DNA from: Nitrosopumilus sp.
GTDB lineage: Archaea; Thermoproteota; Nitrososphaeria; Nitrososphaerales; Nitrosopumilaceae
DNA length: 64,000 nt
Direction of reading: 5' to 3'
NCBI GenBank assembly: GCA_965205215.1
Contig: OZ242041.1
Coordinates: 1,152,001-1,216,000, forward strand
Part shown: one piece after another, positions 43,208 to 53,485 of the stretch
Position numbering within the stretch: position 1 is the stretch's first letter
Layout: each line of letters opens with the position of its first letter
Translations under genes and position numbers: made by a program
Notes under the pieces: model-generated
Told to the model about the DNA's origin: nothing
Database searches by the model: none
What the model saw: the letters and a program-made list of their open reading frames with translations, nothing else

Positions 43208-44637
43208 TACATGTGACCTCCGTCTAACATGCTCTTTAATCTATTCATTCCCTCAATTAGTCTGTTTGTGTCCTCTCGTGCGGCCGATATCCTGATGTAG
43301 TCCCGGTAGTTCTCGCCGAATCCCGAGCCGGGAGCCACGGCAACCCCGTGCTCGGAGAGCAGCCGTTCTGCAAGGCGCGCCCCGTCCGTGCCGACCCGCG
43401 CAAACAGGTACATGGCGCCCTCCGGCTCCGCGTACTCCATGCCCATCTTGCGGGCCTCGGACGCAATGACGCCGAGCCTCTCTGATATGGTGCGGGCGTT
43501 GCCTGACACGTCCTGGCCGACGGCGGACAGCGCCGCGTGCTGCACGGGCGCAGGGACGCTTGTCATGCACAGCGACAGGAGCGAGGCAATCCCGTCGACT
43601 ACGTGCCCGTCTGCCATCGCATACCCGATGCGGAGCCCCGTCATGGCGTGCGACTTTGAAAAGGACTGGACCGCGATGGCGTTCTGGTACCCGTATGACG
43701 CGACGCTCCTCCACGGCTTGTCTCCCCTGACGTACTCTGAGTATATCTCGTCCCCCAGTACGTAGATGCCGCGGTCCGACGCAACCTCCATTATGCCGTC
43801 CATTATGTCCGGCCGCAGGACCGCGCCGGTGGGGTTGTTTGGATAGTTCAGTATTATCATCTTGGTGCTGGGGCTCACTGCATCCTGTATGTCCTGGACT
43901 GAGGGCATCCACGCCTCCTCAAGCGAGGCCTGCACGGCGCGCACCCTCGCCCCCACGTGCGCGGCGCAGTCCCTGTACGCGGGCCATGCGGGCTCCACCG
44001 TTATGACCTCGTCGCCGGGGCCCAAGAGCGCGGACATGGCGGCGAACACCGCAAAGCGGCCCCCCGGGGTGACCACTATGTTGCCCGGCCCCACACTGGC
44101 GCCAAACCTCTTGGAGCCGTACTCGGCAAGGGCGTCTAGGAGCGCCGGCACCCCCCTGGGGCCCTCGTACCTGATGTGCCCCCTGCCGTACGACTCGGAG
44201 AGCGCGGTCGCCACCGAGTCTGGCGGCATATAGTCCGGTTCGCCCACCTCCATGTGGATTATCTGCTTGCCCTCCTCTTCCTCCAGCCTCTTTGCGGCCT
44301 GGAATACGGACAGGTGCGTGGGGCCGCCCTTCCCGTCCCTGCGGTGCTGCGACTGTATTGTCGTGGACTCGTCGAGCAGAAAGTTCAGGAACCTGGATAC
44401 CGCGGCCTCTTGCGGCGCCGGATCCCCCGCGCTGCCCCCAAATTCTTTCCTGCACGCGTCAAGCACGACGCCGCGGAGCTGCTCCTCCCTGGACTCGTCG
44501 GTGATCCCCCTGCCGAGCTCTTTTTTGGCCCTGCCTATGTCAGATGAAATCTGGGCCCTCCTGACGAAGAGCTTGGCCATCTCAACCGTGACGCGGCCGA
44601 TCTCCTCTCGCAGCTCGCCCAGCTCGTCTTCTGTCAT
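43207..44637 (-). CDS. Chorismate mutase / class I-II aminotransferase fusion
   Basis: N-terminal CM (LREEI..R..IGRAK..DESRE); MEVGEPD, NYPNNPTG, DEIY, SFSKSHAMTGLRIG. Confidence 0.88.
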   Translation of the reverse strand: MTEDELGELREEIGRVTVEMAKLFVRRAQISSDIGRAKKELGRGITDESREEQLRGVVLDACRKEFGGSAGDPAPQEAAVSRFLNFLLDESTTIQSQHRRDGKGGPTHLSVFQAAKRLEEEEGKQIIHMEVGEPDYMPPDSVATALSESYGRGHIRYEGPRGVPALLDALAEYGSKRFGASVGPGNIVVTPGGRFAVFAAMSALLGPGDEVITVEPAWPAYRDCAAHVGARVRAVQASLEEAWMPSVQDIQDAVSPSTKMIILNYPNNPTGAVLRPDIMDGIMEVASDRGIYVLGDEIYSEYVRGDKPWRSVASYGYQNAIAVQSFSKSHAMTGLRIGYAMADGHVVDGIASLLSLCMTSVPAPVQHAALSAVGQDVSGNARTISERLGVIASEARKMGMEYAEPEGAMYLFARVGTDGARLAERLLSEHGVAVAPGSGFGENYRDYIRISAAREDTNRLIEGMNRLKSMLDGGHM

Positions 44638-45779
44638 TTTTCTAGCACCGGCTTGATGTGTCTTGATACCAGCGCGTGGTCTGCAACCACAAGCGAGACC
44701 AGCGCGTCGACCACGGGCGGCGCCCGGGGCACCACGCACGGATCGTGCCTGCCCACCACGCGCAGGGTGTCACTGCTCATGGTGTCGACGTTTACCGTGG
44801 GTTGGTCCTGCGGTATGGACGACGTGGGCTTGAATGCCACGCGCATCGTTATGGGCATGCCGTTTGATATGCCGCCCAGTATGCCGCCTGAGTTGTTCGT
44901 GTGGGTGACGACCCTCTTCGTGCCGTCCCCGTCCTCCGTCACGTAGTACGCGTCGTTGTTCTGGGAGCCCCATGTTCTGGAGCCGGCAAACCCGGATCCG
45001 AACTCGACGCCCTTTACCGACGGGATGGAGAACATGGCCGCGCTGAGGTCGGACTCAAGCGAGCCGAAGACGGGCTCGCCGAGTCCCACGGGGAGGCCTG
45101 TCGTAACCGACCTTATGACGCCGCCAAGCGAGTTGCCCTTCTTCTTCACGTCCAGTATGGACTTCCTCATGGCCTCTGCCGCCTCCGGGTCCGGGCACCT
45201 CGCCTCGTTTCCATATATCTGGGACTGGTCGTAGCAGCGCTCGGGGCCGCTGCGTGCGGCCGCCCCGCCGGCCTGGCCGCCCATCGCGATGCTCCCTATC
45301 TGCTGCACGTAGGAGCAGGTCTCGACGCCCAGCGACTCCCTGAGGAGCTTTCTTGCAATCGCGCCGCCCATCACGTGCGTGGCAGTCAGCCTGCCGGAGA
45401 ACCTGCCGCCGCCCCTGTAGTCGTTGAAGCGGCCGTACTTTACCATGGCCGTATAGTCTGCGTGCCCCGGCCTCGGCTTGATCTGCATGCCTTCATAGTC
45501 CCCCGAGCGCTGGTCGGAGTTTCTCATGATTATCGTAATGGGCGCGCCCGTCGTGCGCCCGCGGTACGTTCCTGAGATGATCTCGGCCCTGTCCTTCTCC
45601 GCGCGCTGCGTCGTAATGGCGCTCTGTCCGGGGCTCCTCCAGTCCAGCATGGGTTGTATGTCGCCCTCTGCGAGTTCCAGTCCCGCCGGGCACCCGTCAA
45701 GCGTGGCGCCAATCTGCTGGCCGTGGCTCTCGCCGAAGCTTGTGAGTACGAGTCTCTGGCCCATGCTGTTTCGGGACAC
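44634..45779 (-). CDS. aroC: Chorismate synthase
   Basis: FGESHG, RPGHAD, GGGRFSGR, KPTSSI, GRHDPC; GTG start estimated. Confidence 0.96.
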   Translation of the reverse strand: MSRNSMGQRLVLTSFGESHGQQIGATLDGCPAGLELAEGDIQPMLDWRSPGQSAITTQRAEKDRAEIISGTYRGRTTGAPITIIMRNSDQRSGDYEGMQIKPRPGHADYTAMVKYGRFNDYRGGGRFSGRLTATHVMGGAIARKLLRESLGVETCSYVQQIGSIAMGGQAGGAAARSGPERCYDQSQIYGNEARCPDPEAAEAMRKSILDVKKKGNSLGGVIRSVTTGLPVGLGEPVFGSLESDLSAAMFSIPSVKGVEFGSGFAGSRTWGSQNNDAYYVTEDGDGTKRVVTHTNNSGGILGGISNGMPITMRVAFKPTSSIPQDQPTVNVDTMSSDTLRVVGRHDPCVVPRAPPVVDALVSLVVADHALVSRHIKPVLEK

Positions 45780-45932
45780 GCATGTGGTATCGTGCACGTG
45801 CTTATAATTCCTAATAATTGCGGGGCGGCAGTCGGGGCCGTACCTCTTGATCCTGCCGCCGCCGCCGCGGCCGTACTGTCCCCGCAGCCCTGCAGCACAA
45901 TATGTCGTCATACTAAGGCGCAGGCGCCGCGC

Positions 45933-47312
45933 TCACTCGGCGTCCGTTATGCGGGCGCCCAGCGCCACCATGTCCCTTATGAATCCGGGATATGACACGG
46001 AGACCGAGCCGGGGTCCGATATCACGTACTCGCCGCCCGCCCGCATGGCCGCTATGCAGAGCGCCATGAAGAGCCTGTGGTCATTTTCCGGATTCAGGCG
46101 CGTGGCGTCGCCGCCGCCGTCCCGAGGCGTCGCCGCGCTTGCGTCTACCACCAGCCCGTCCTCCCGCTCATCTACGCCCACTCCGAGCTTTGGAAGCTCC
46201 CTTGCCAGTATGGATATCCTGTCCGTCTCCTTTATGCGCGCGTGCCCCACGTTGGATATCTCGAGGCTGCCTCCGCATCCGAGCGCCATTATGGCAAGCG
46301 GTGGCAGCAGGTCCGGGTGGTTTCCAAGGTCAAACTTGCCTCCCCTCAGGCCGCCGTCCGGCATGCCGACGCGCACCGTCTCGCCGCTTGCCGTATCTGT
46401 TATCTCTATGGACGCCCCCATCGACTCGAGCATGTCTATGAACGCCTCGTCCCCCTGCGGGAGCGCCCCCATCTGGGCCTCGACTGCGACGTTCCCGTCG
46501 TTGAGGGCGGAGGCCGCCAGCAGCAGGGCCAGGCTGGAGGCGTCGGACGGCACGGCAAACCCGCCTGCAGGCGGGCTGATTCTCTGCGGCGCTATGCGGT
46601 ACATCCTGTAGGGCACCTGGGTCTGGACCGACACGCCAAACTCGCGCATCGCGCTGATGGTGGACTCTATGTAGGGCCTTGAGACCATGCCCCCCGTTAT
46701 CGTGATGCTCATCCCCGAGTCCGTCTTGGGCGCGCACAGGAACAGCGACGTGACAAACTGGCTTGAGACGTTTCCCGGTATCTCCACGGCGCCTCCCCGT
46801 ATGGGCCCGCGTATGCGCATCGGGGGGCGGCCGTCCGCGGAACTGCACGAGGCGCCCATTGTGGAGAGCGCGTCGAGCAGCGGCTGCATGGGGCGGGTCC
46901 TGAGGCTGGAGTCCCCCGTGAGCTCGACGCGCCCGTCAAGCAGGGCCGCCACCCCCGCGGCAATCCTGATTGTGGTGCCGGAGTTTGCCGCGTCAATCTG
47001 TGTGATCTCTGCGCCGTCCGCCCCCGCCGCCGCGCCGCCGGGGCTGCGGGCCTTCCGTATGGTGTCCGTGACGGTAAGGGTGCCCGCCTCTGTGTCGTTG
47101 CCGTGATCTGCTTCTACCGTGATTGACGCGCCCAGCCTCCTGCACGCCTCGATGGTGGCGTCCGTATCGGCCGAGCGCAGGACGTTTGACACCCTTCCGC
47201 CCCCGGAGTCGGCGAGGGCGGCCAAGAATATGGCCCTGTGCGTATAGCTCTTGCTTGGGGGGCACCTGACGACCCCCGAGAGCGCGGACCTTGACACGCT
47301 ACAGTGTGTCAT
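45933..47312 (-). CDS. aroA: EPSP synthase
   Basis: PPSKSYTHRA, NSGTT, LRTRPM, SSQF, RIKETDR, DHR. Confidence 0.96.
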   Translation of the reverse strand: MTHCSVSRSALSGVVRCPPSKSYTHRAIFLAALADSGGGRVSNVLRSADTDATIEACRRLGASITVEADHGNDTEAGTLTVTDTIRKARSPGGAAAGADGAEITQIDAANSGTTIRIAAGVAALLDGRVELTGDSSLRTRPMQPLLDALSTMGASCSSADGRPPMRIRGPIRGGAVEIPGNVSSQFVTSLFLCAPKTDSGMSITITGGMVSRPYIESTISAMREFGVSVQTQVPYRMYRIAPQRISPPAGGFAVPSDASSLALLLAASALNDGNVAVEAQMGALPQGDEAFIDMLESMGASIEITDTASGETVRVGMPDGGLRGGKFDLGNHPDLLPPLAIMALGCGGSLEISNVGHARIKETDRISILARELPKLGVGVDEREDGLVVDASAATPRDGGGDATRLNPENDHRLFMALCIAAMRAGGEYVISDPGSVSVSYPGFIRDMVALGARITDAE

Positions 47313-48267
47313 GGGCCTCTGCCTTCTTGTTGCTCAGTCCGGACACTATCGTCCTGCCTTCCATCGAGGCGGCAAACACCTTGCTGACCCCCTGCACGTC
47401 GGCGTCCTTGGCGACGGCGGCAATGGCGGGGCCGTTTCCGGACACGGACGCGGCCAAGGCCCCCTTCTCGGCCAGCCTGGCCACGAGCTCGGGGTCGGAG
47501 CCGAGCACGGACGCGGTCGCCAGCCCGTTTACGGTCATGGCCTTCCAGTACTCCGCCCGCTTTGCCAGCCCCCATGCGCCGTCAAAGGCCTCCCTGAGCA
47601 GCCTGAGCCTCTTGAGGTTTCCGCGCCTCCTGCTCTTTGGTATGAATATCACCGCCGACATGCCGCGGGGCGCGCGCTGGTGCCGCACGAGGCGCCGCCT
47701 CGCGTTGTCGGTTACGTTGAACCCCCCGTAGTAGCACGAGCAGGCGTCGTCGTACGCCCCCGTGATGCTTACCTTTGACGCGATGGACGCCTCCACGCCT
47801 GCAAGGAGTATCTGGTGATCCGACATGCGGAGCCCGAACGCCCTGTCGCATGCGAGGGCCACGGCAGACGATATGGCGCTCGAGCTCTTCAGTCCAAAGC
47901 CGGCGGGCATCTCAGATGATATTGCTATCTCTATCCTGTTTGACTCGAGCTCGGGCTTTGGGACGACGCGCTGCACGGTCTTCTGTATCAGCCTCGAGCT
48001 GAACGGGTGGTTCGGCCGCCGCCTGCCCCCACCGGGGCGCCTCTCGCCCTCCTTCCGCCCGTCCTTTCTTGTCACCGTGATCCCGCTCCTGCCTGGCACT
48101 ACAAGCACGTCGGCCTCCACCCTGAGCGCCACGCCGAGGGTGGCCCCCTTTCTGGTGGCCAGTGCGTTTACTATTGATATGGCGCCGTGCACGGTGGCGC
48201 TTGCGCCCTTCTGCCCCCGCGCCGCCTCTGCTGCTCTCTCCATTTTCCTCTCTCCTCCGGCCGTCAT
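47299..48267 (-). CDS. aroK: Archaeal (GHMP-type) shikimate kinase
   Basis: GAISIVNA, GLKSSSA, SITGAYDDA, VSGNGP; ATGA overlap with aroE. Confidence 0.92.
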   Translation of the reverse strand: MTAGGERKMERAAEAARGQKGASATVHGAISIVNALATRKGATLGVALRVEADVLVVPGRSGITVTRKDGRKEGERRPGGGRRRPNHPFSSRLIQKTVQRVVPKPELESNRIEIAISSEMPAGFGLKSSSAISSAVALACDRAFGLRMSDHQILLAGVEASIASKVSITGAYDDACSCYYGGFNVTDNARRRLVRHQRAPRGMSAVIFIPKSRRRGNLKRLRLLREAFDGAWGLAKRAEYWKAMTVNGLATASVLGSDPELVARLAEKGALAASVSGNGPAIAAVAKDADVQGVSKVFAASMEGRTIVSGLSNKKAEAHDTL

Positions 48268-49109
48268 ACCCCTACTCCCAGAAGGGCCCTCTTCATCGCG
48301 TCCCTGGGGGCCTCGACCCCGTGCCATATCTCAAAGGCCCTGGCGGCCTGCCCCAGCAGCATCTCGTATCCCATTATGCACGTAGCGCCCCTCTCCTTGC
48401 CCTTCTGTATGAGGTCGGTCTTCATGGGCATGTATACCGTGTCGTATACGATGTCGTCCCTATTAATGGACTCTGGGGATACCGGGATGATCTTCTCGGC
48501 CGATGCCGGCAGCCCTATCGAGGTGGCGTTGATTATCACGTTGCACCCCTTCGCGGCCTGGTCGGCCTCCGACAGCGGGACGGCCCTGGCGTCGGGCAGG
48601 CCCGCGAGTCCTGCAAGTCTGGCCATCTCCGAGGCGGCCTCCGGGGTGCGGTTTGCAATGGTAATCTCCGATGCGCCCCCGAGTCTTGCCAGGGCCGCGA
48701 TGACGGCCCTCGCGGCGCCTCCCGCGCCCAGCAGCAGCACCGAGGCTCCTTTGAGGCTGATTGACCTCCTGCGGAGCGGATCTGCAAACCCCTCGACGTC
48801 GGTGTTGTACCCCTTGAGCGACCCGTCGCCGGCAACCTCCACCGTGTTTGCGGCGCCCACCATGCTGCACGTCTCGTCCGTCTTTGACAGGTGGCGCATA
48901 ATCTCCACCTTGTGGGGTATGGTGACGTTGAATCCGGAAATCCCTATCTTTAGGAGTGACTCGATTCCGTGCGCAAGCTCACCCCTTGGTATGCGGTATG
49001 CTATGTACGAGCAGTCGCCCATTCCCAGTTGCCTGAACGCGGCGCTGTGCATGTGCGGCGAGAGCGAGTGATCGATTGGATCCCCAATCACGGCAAATGT
49101 TCGTGGCAC
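48264..49109 (-). CDS. aroE: Shikimate dehydrogenase
   Basis: GDPIDHSLSP, NVTIPHK, GAANT, NTD, GAGGAAR, MLLGQA. Confidence 0.95.
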   Translation of the reverse strand: MPRTFAVIGDPIDHSLSPHMHSAAFRQLGMGDCSYIAYRIPRGELAHGIESLLKIGISGFNVTIPHKVEIMRHLSKTDETCSMVGAANTVEVAGDGSLKGYNTDVEGFADPLRRRSISLKGASVLLLGAGGAARAVIAALARLGGASEITIANRTPEAASEMARLAGLAGLPDARAVPLSEADQAAKGCNVIINATSIGLPASAEKIIPVSPESINRDDIVYDTVYMPMKTDLIQKGKERGATCIMGYEMLLGQAARAFEIWHGVEAPRDAMKRALLGVGV

Positions 49110-49475
49110 TGTATGTGCGGACACGGCTCTTGATTTAAACTCAGGGGTCATCTTTTAGACGGCCGCGGTTCTGCCGCGTGTAGTTGTTAAAACCTGGCCA
49201 GCTTCCGCCTGCCGCGTGATGCCGCGGGCGGCCCTGATTGGCCGCCGCGCGGTCCGCTGGCATGCGCCGGGCCCTTTGTGCCGGCGGCGCATACGCGGCG
49301 CGCTGAGGTCCTGCGGCCTGCGGTTGTGGGTTTTCTCATCCGCGTTGCGCCGACATGCCCGGCGGTGCAAGGCGGCGACCGCGATTCGGGCCGCGCTGCA
49401 GCGGGATCATGGCGGAGTTGGGGGATGGGGACAGGCCGGCAAGGGCCGGCGCCGGCCGCGCGCAGCATGCGGCCG

Positions 49476-49937
49476 TCATGCGGTTCTCGCATCGTTGCCG
49501 CCACTGCCTCCGTCTGTGACGCCCCTGGCTTTTTCAAGGGCCGAAAGTACGCCCTCGATTGAATCCAGTATCGCAATCTCCCTTTTCCTGTCAGTCTCCG
49601 ACTCAAGCTCGCCGGCAAGCGACTCGAGCTTTTTCTCCAGAACGTCGATCAGGTTGCGCCGCTGCTGCCCCCGTAGTTGCGCGCGTGCGTCCGTCCTCTT
49701 TGCGCCTGCATGGTCTTCCGCACCACTGCCGCTGTCCTGGGGGGGCGTTATAGGCACGTCCCGTCTCTCCGGTTCTTGTCCGCAGCTGACGCACAGCGCG
49801 TCGCCGTCCTTGATCACCCTGACGCCCCCGCAGTAGGGGCATGGGTGCCCCAGCAGGGTGGCCCCGGCAAGCAGCATCTCCGCGGCGCGCCTGACGCGCT
49901 CCCTCTCTTTCTCTCCGCCGCCGTCCTTGTGCGCCAA
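49476..49937 (-). CDS. Autoantigen p27 (SSSCA1-like, UPF0148) zinc-ribbon protein
   Basis: AEMLLAGATLLGHPCPYCG..CVSC; start estimated. Confidence 0.8.
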   Translation of the reverse strand: MAHKDGGGEKERERVRRAAEMLLAGATLLGHPCPYCGGVRVIKDGDALCVSCGQEPERRDVPITPPQDSGSGAEDHAGAKRTDARAQLRGQQRRNLIDVLEKKLESLAGELESETDRKREIAILDSIEGVLSALEKARGVTDGGSGGNDARTA

Positions 49938-50206
49938 CGCGCCCCGTATGACACGGGCGCTAAAAAACTGTGCCGTCCATCCTTCCGAGTCGATGCCGCT
50001 TGCCGCGAGACCCGTGCGCCAGTCTTCTCTGCGCCGCCTCTTGCCGATGACCGCGCCGGGTTTCATTAATCCGTGCATGCGGCCGCCTGCAAACCGTTTT
50101 CAGAGAATCATGGTATGAATTAAGCATCCCTGCCTGAGCCTGATCGAGGCGTCAAAATTTGTGCGTAATTTTTGATATTTTTATGGACAGGCGATCCGCA
50201 CGAATC

Positions 50207-51954
50207 TAGCGTGTTGCATAATTCGTCGACCTCCTTGGCAAAATGCCATCCTCGCTTGACGATCACAGGGTTGCTGTGGCGCGCGCCAGGTGTGCCGACC
50301 GCATTGCAGGGCCCCCGCCGCAACGTCTTGTTTCTGGACGAGGTTCGTCGGCTGCAGGCTGCCCGCATGCGCATGGCATGCGGCGGGAGGCAGGCGGCGA
50401 TCGGCCTGGGCCGGTCAGGCCTCCGCGGCCGCCTCCCTGCCGACCCGTAGCATCGTGTTGTACGTGCGGATCTTCAGCCGGATCTCCTGGCGTATGTACC
50501 CCAGCTTCCTTGCCATTACGGAGCCGCCGTACGTCCTCTTGAACGCCGATATGACAATCTCTACAAGCCACCGGGTCCCGTAGCCGACTAGCTTCTTCCA
50601 CTCTTTGCGGTTCCTTTCGCGCTCCGCCTCGTCCATGGCGGCGTACTCCTCGGCCGTAACGCCGGATCCTCCCCCGAGCTGCTCGAGCACCGCCTCGGCC
50701 CGCGCCCTGTCCGTTCCGTCCGCCCTGCAGTTGGCGTTCTTGCGGACGCGTATGCGCGTCCGGATGCCCAGCCTCCTGCACTCCGAAAAGATCTCCCTGC
50801 TGTCGTACCCGCCGTCGGCCATCAGCGTGATGGCGGCGTACGTCCTGCCGCGGCTGTTTTTCTGCCCCGAGACCGCCTTGCGCCTCCCGTCAGGATCCAC
50901 CCCCATGTTTGCCAGGGCGTTTTCCAGGAGCGGCCTGAACACGGTGGGCTCGCCTACCGAGTCGTCCGTGAGCTCGAACGCGACGATCTCCAGCGTCTTC
51001 TTGTTGATCATTATCGTAAGCCTGAAAAAGCCGCGCTTCAGCCTGTGCGTGACGCGCAGGTACTCGCTGCGCACGGCGGGCGTCATACCGGTACCGTCCG
51101 GGACAAGGTCTATCGCGACGTCCTCGCATGTGACGCCTGAGAGGCTCCCCCCTATGGGCGCGTCCTGGGAGCTGATCCTCCTGAATATGGTGGTGAACTC
51201 GGGGCCCCCGCCGTCCGCGAACGCGGCCGCCATGCCCTCGCACCCCCTAAAGTCGAGCTGCAGCCTGTCGCGCAGGAACGATATGGCCGCCACCATGCTG
51301 TGCGTGTACTTGTAGGGGCGGCCGCGCTTTTTGTGGTTCATGGCGGCCAGCTCGGCGTCGTTCCGGCGGAGATCGGCCAGCTGGCGCAGCACCCCGAAAA
51401 GGTGCCTTGCCCGTCCCACGTACCTGGCGTTGGTCCTGCGCCAGGATTCCTGCCTCGGCCTTTTCCTGCCGGGCCTCGCCCTTCCCGCCTTGCTCCCGTC
51501 CGCGTCCCCGCTCACGCCGCACCCGCCGCACCCGGCCCCGGGGGATGCCGCAGCGCGCAGCTGCCGTTAAATTCGCGCCCCGTGACATGCAGTTGCATGT
51601 GCGTTGATCCCATCATTAGTTAGCCGGTGGGATCTCGCATCGTGCATATTTAACCACCCGCGCCTGTCAGCTGAAGCCGCACCCGCGGCACGGCCCGTTA
51701 AATACGGCCCCGGACAATACGTGTCGGTACCCGCAGGGCGTCAAGGCGCGTAACGCGCCGTGCCTTGCCCGTACTCTCCGCAGGCCTGGAAGCGCGGCTT
51801 GCTTGCCGCCTGTTGCCGGGGAACCGTACCGGCACCATGGCGCGGAGGCACGCAGTACGTCCTGTTCGGTTTGCGGGGCAGCCGAGCGGCCTGCACCATG
51901 CTGCAGAGCCGCACCCTTCGAGCGGGGCAGCTTGGGGAATTATGCAACACGCTA
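50207..51954 (-). mobile_element. Complete IS5-family insertion sequence (IS903/ISH1-like), 1748 bp
   Basis: Perfect 18-bp IRs TAGCGTGTTGCATAATTC (50207-50224) and GAATTATGCAACACGCTA (51937-51954); 8-bp TSD CACGAATC (50199-50206, 51955-51962). Confidence 0.93.
50415..51515 (-). CDS. IS5-family DDE transposase
   Basis: GRPYKY, FRGCEG, PEFTTIFRR, PDGTG, ADGGYD, YGTRWLVEIVISAFK (YREK). Confidence 0.92.
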   Translation of the reverse strand: MSGDADGSKAGRARPGRKRPRQESWRRTNARYVGRARHLFGVLRQLADLRRNDAELAAMNHKKRGRPYKYTHSMVAAISFLRDRLQLDFRGCEGMAAAFADGGGPEFTTIFRRISSQDAPIGGSLSGVTCEDVAIDLVPDGTGMTPAVRSEYLRVTHRLKRGFFRLTIMINKKTLEIVAFELTDDSVGEPTVFRPLLENALANMGVDPDGRRKAVSGQKNSRGRTYAAITLMADGGYDSREIFSECRRLGIRTRIRVRKNANCRADGTDRARAEAVLEQLGGGSGVTAEEYAAMDEAERERNRKEWKKLVGYGTRWLVEIVISAFKRTYGGSVMARKLGYIRQEIRLKIRTYNTMLRVGREAAAEA

Positions 51955-51996
51955 CACGAATCACGATCCTCAAACCTTAATAGCATGTGATGCCAA

Positions 51997-52317
51997 TTGG
52001 TAACGAACGTGGCGGTAATCTGTAATACGTGTGGCCTACCCGATGACTTATGCGCATGCGGGGAGCTTGCCAAGGACAGCACCAAGATTATAATCAGGCT
52101 GGAGACGCGGCGCTTTAAGAAGAAGGGGACGATGATCGAGGGGCTTGATCCCAAGATCAACAGCCTTGAGACGGTCGCGAAGGATCTCAAAAACAAGTAC
52201 GCCTGCGGCGGAACGGCAAAAGAGGGATACATCTTTCTGCAGGGCGACCACCGCGACACGATAAAGGACACGCTGGTCTCGCTCGGCTTTGCCGAGGAGA
52301 GCATAGAGCTGCATTGA
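51997..52317 (+). CDS. sui1: Translation initiation factor aIF1/SUI1
   Basis: CNTCGLPDDLCAC, LKNKYACGGT, LQGDHR. Confidence 0.95.
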   Translation: MVTNVAVICNTCGLPDDLCACGELAKDSTKIIIRLETRRFKKKGTMIEGLDPKINSLETVAKDLKNKYACGGTAKEGYIFLQGDHRDTIKDTLVSLGFAEESIELH

Positions 52318-52318
52318 G

Positions 52319-53485
52319 ATGCCCCCGGACAGCAGCGGCAGCATTGACGATGATGATGTCGGCGGCGACGACGACGGCGCGCGGGGCGACCAGAACCAGG
52401 GCGACTACAACGACGCGGGCCGCCGCGCCGATGACGACAGTGGCGCCGCCGCCGGCAGCAGCAGCAGCAGCAGTCCCGCGCCTGCCGCCCTGACGCGGCC
52501 GTCCCTTGCGCGGCAGCTGCTCGGAGTCCCCCACGCTGCCCTCATATCGGTGACGTTCGGGCTGTTTCTAGCGTCCTTCCCGATGGGGGCGTTCGTGGTC
52601 TTTGCAAGCGGAATAGGGGGGGACATCAACTACGACCTGCCGCTGACGCACCTGAGCCTGTTTGAGGGCACGGGGCTGCACCTTGCCCCCGCGCCGGTAT
52701 CAGTCGGCGACGCGTTCGCGATACTGTGGCTTGGGTACCTGGTTGCGTTTGCAACCGCATGCATGGGCCCCGCCCGCGGGTTCATGGGCGCCATATCTGA
52801 CATCATGGCGGGCCGGCGCACGGCGCACCGGTTTGACAACTACATGCTGGGGGTCATAACGTGGTTCTCCATACTGGTGCTTGCGTCAATTGTGATAACG
52901 TCAGCGCAGGACTATGCGGGCATAGAGACCGCCCCGCCCGAGTCTGAGAACGACCTTGTGGAGTTCTTTTACGTGTCGCTTGCGCCCATCGTGGAGGAGA
53001 CCGGCTTTAGGCTCGTGCTTGTCGGGATACCCGTCTTCCTGATGTATTCCGGGCGCTTCTCGCTCCGGTACGTGGCGCGCTGCCTGTGGCGCCCCGACGC
53101 GGTCGGCATCGACGATCACAGGAGGGCGCTTGTGGTGATCGTGGCAGTCGGGCTCCTGTTCGGCTTTGCGCACATAGCGCTGGGCGAGCCGTGGAGCGAG
53201 GGCAAGTTTGCGCAGGCGGCCGCCGGCGGAATCATTTTGGGGTGGGTGTACGTCAGGTACGGGTTTGTCGCGTCGGTCCTAGTCCACTGGGCCACCAACT
53301 ATTTCATATTCTCGCACGCCCACTTCATATCGCAGACGCACCTCGTCCCGCTGGAGGAGGCATTCTCCCACTCCATGATGCTTTCTGTGGAGGTGATACT
53401 GGCCGTGTGCGGGATCCTGTCGATAATCGCGATAGTCATGTCGTCAAGGACGGCCGGCCCCTTGCGCCGAGACCGCCCCGTCTAG
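52319..53485 (+). CDS. CPBP/CAAX (Abi) family intramembrane metalloprotease
   Basis: APIVEETGFR, FGFAH, HWATN; acidic N-terminal extension. Confidence 0.88.
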   Translation: MPPDSSGSIDDDDVGGDDDGARGDQNQGDYNDAGRRADDDSGAAAGSSSSSSPAPAALTRPSLARQLLGVPHAALISVTFGLFLASFPMGAFVVFASGIGGDINYDLPLTHLSLFEGTGLHLAPAPVSVGDAFAILWLGYLVAFATACMGPARGFMGAISDIMAGRRTAHRFDNYMLGVITWFSILVLASIVITSAQDYAGIETAPPESENDLVEFFYVSLAPIVEETGFRLVLVGIPVFLMYSGRFSLRYVARCLWRPDAVGIDDHRRALVVIVAVGLLFGFAHIALGEPWSEGKFAQAAAGGIILGWVYVRYGFVASVLVHWATNYFIFSHAHFISQTHLVPLEEAFSHSMMLSVEVILAVCGILSIIAIVMSSRTAGPLRRDRPV

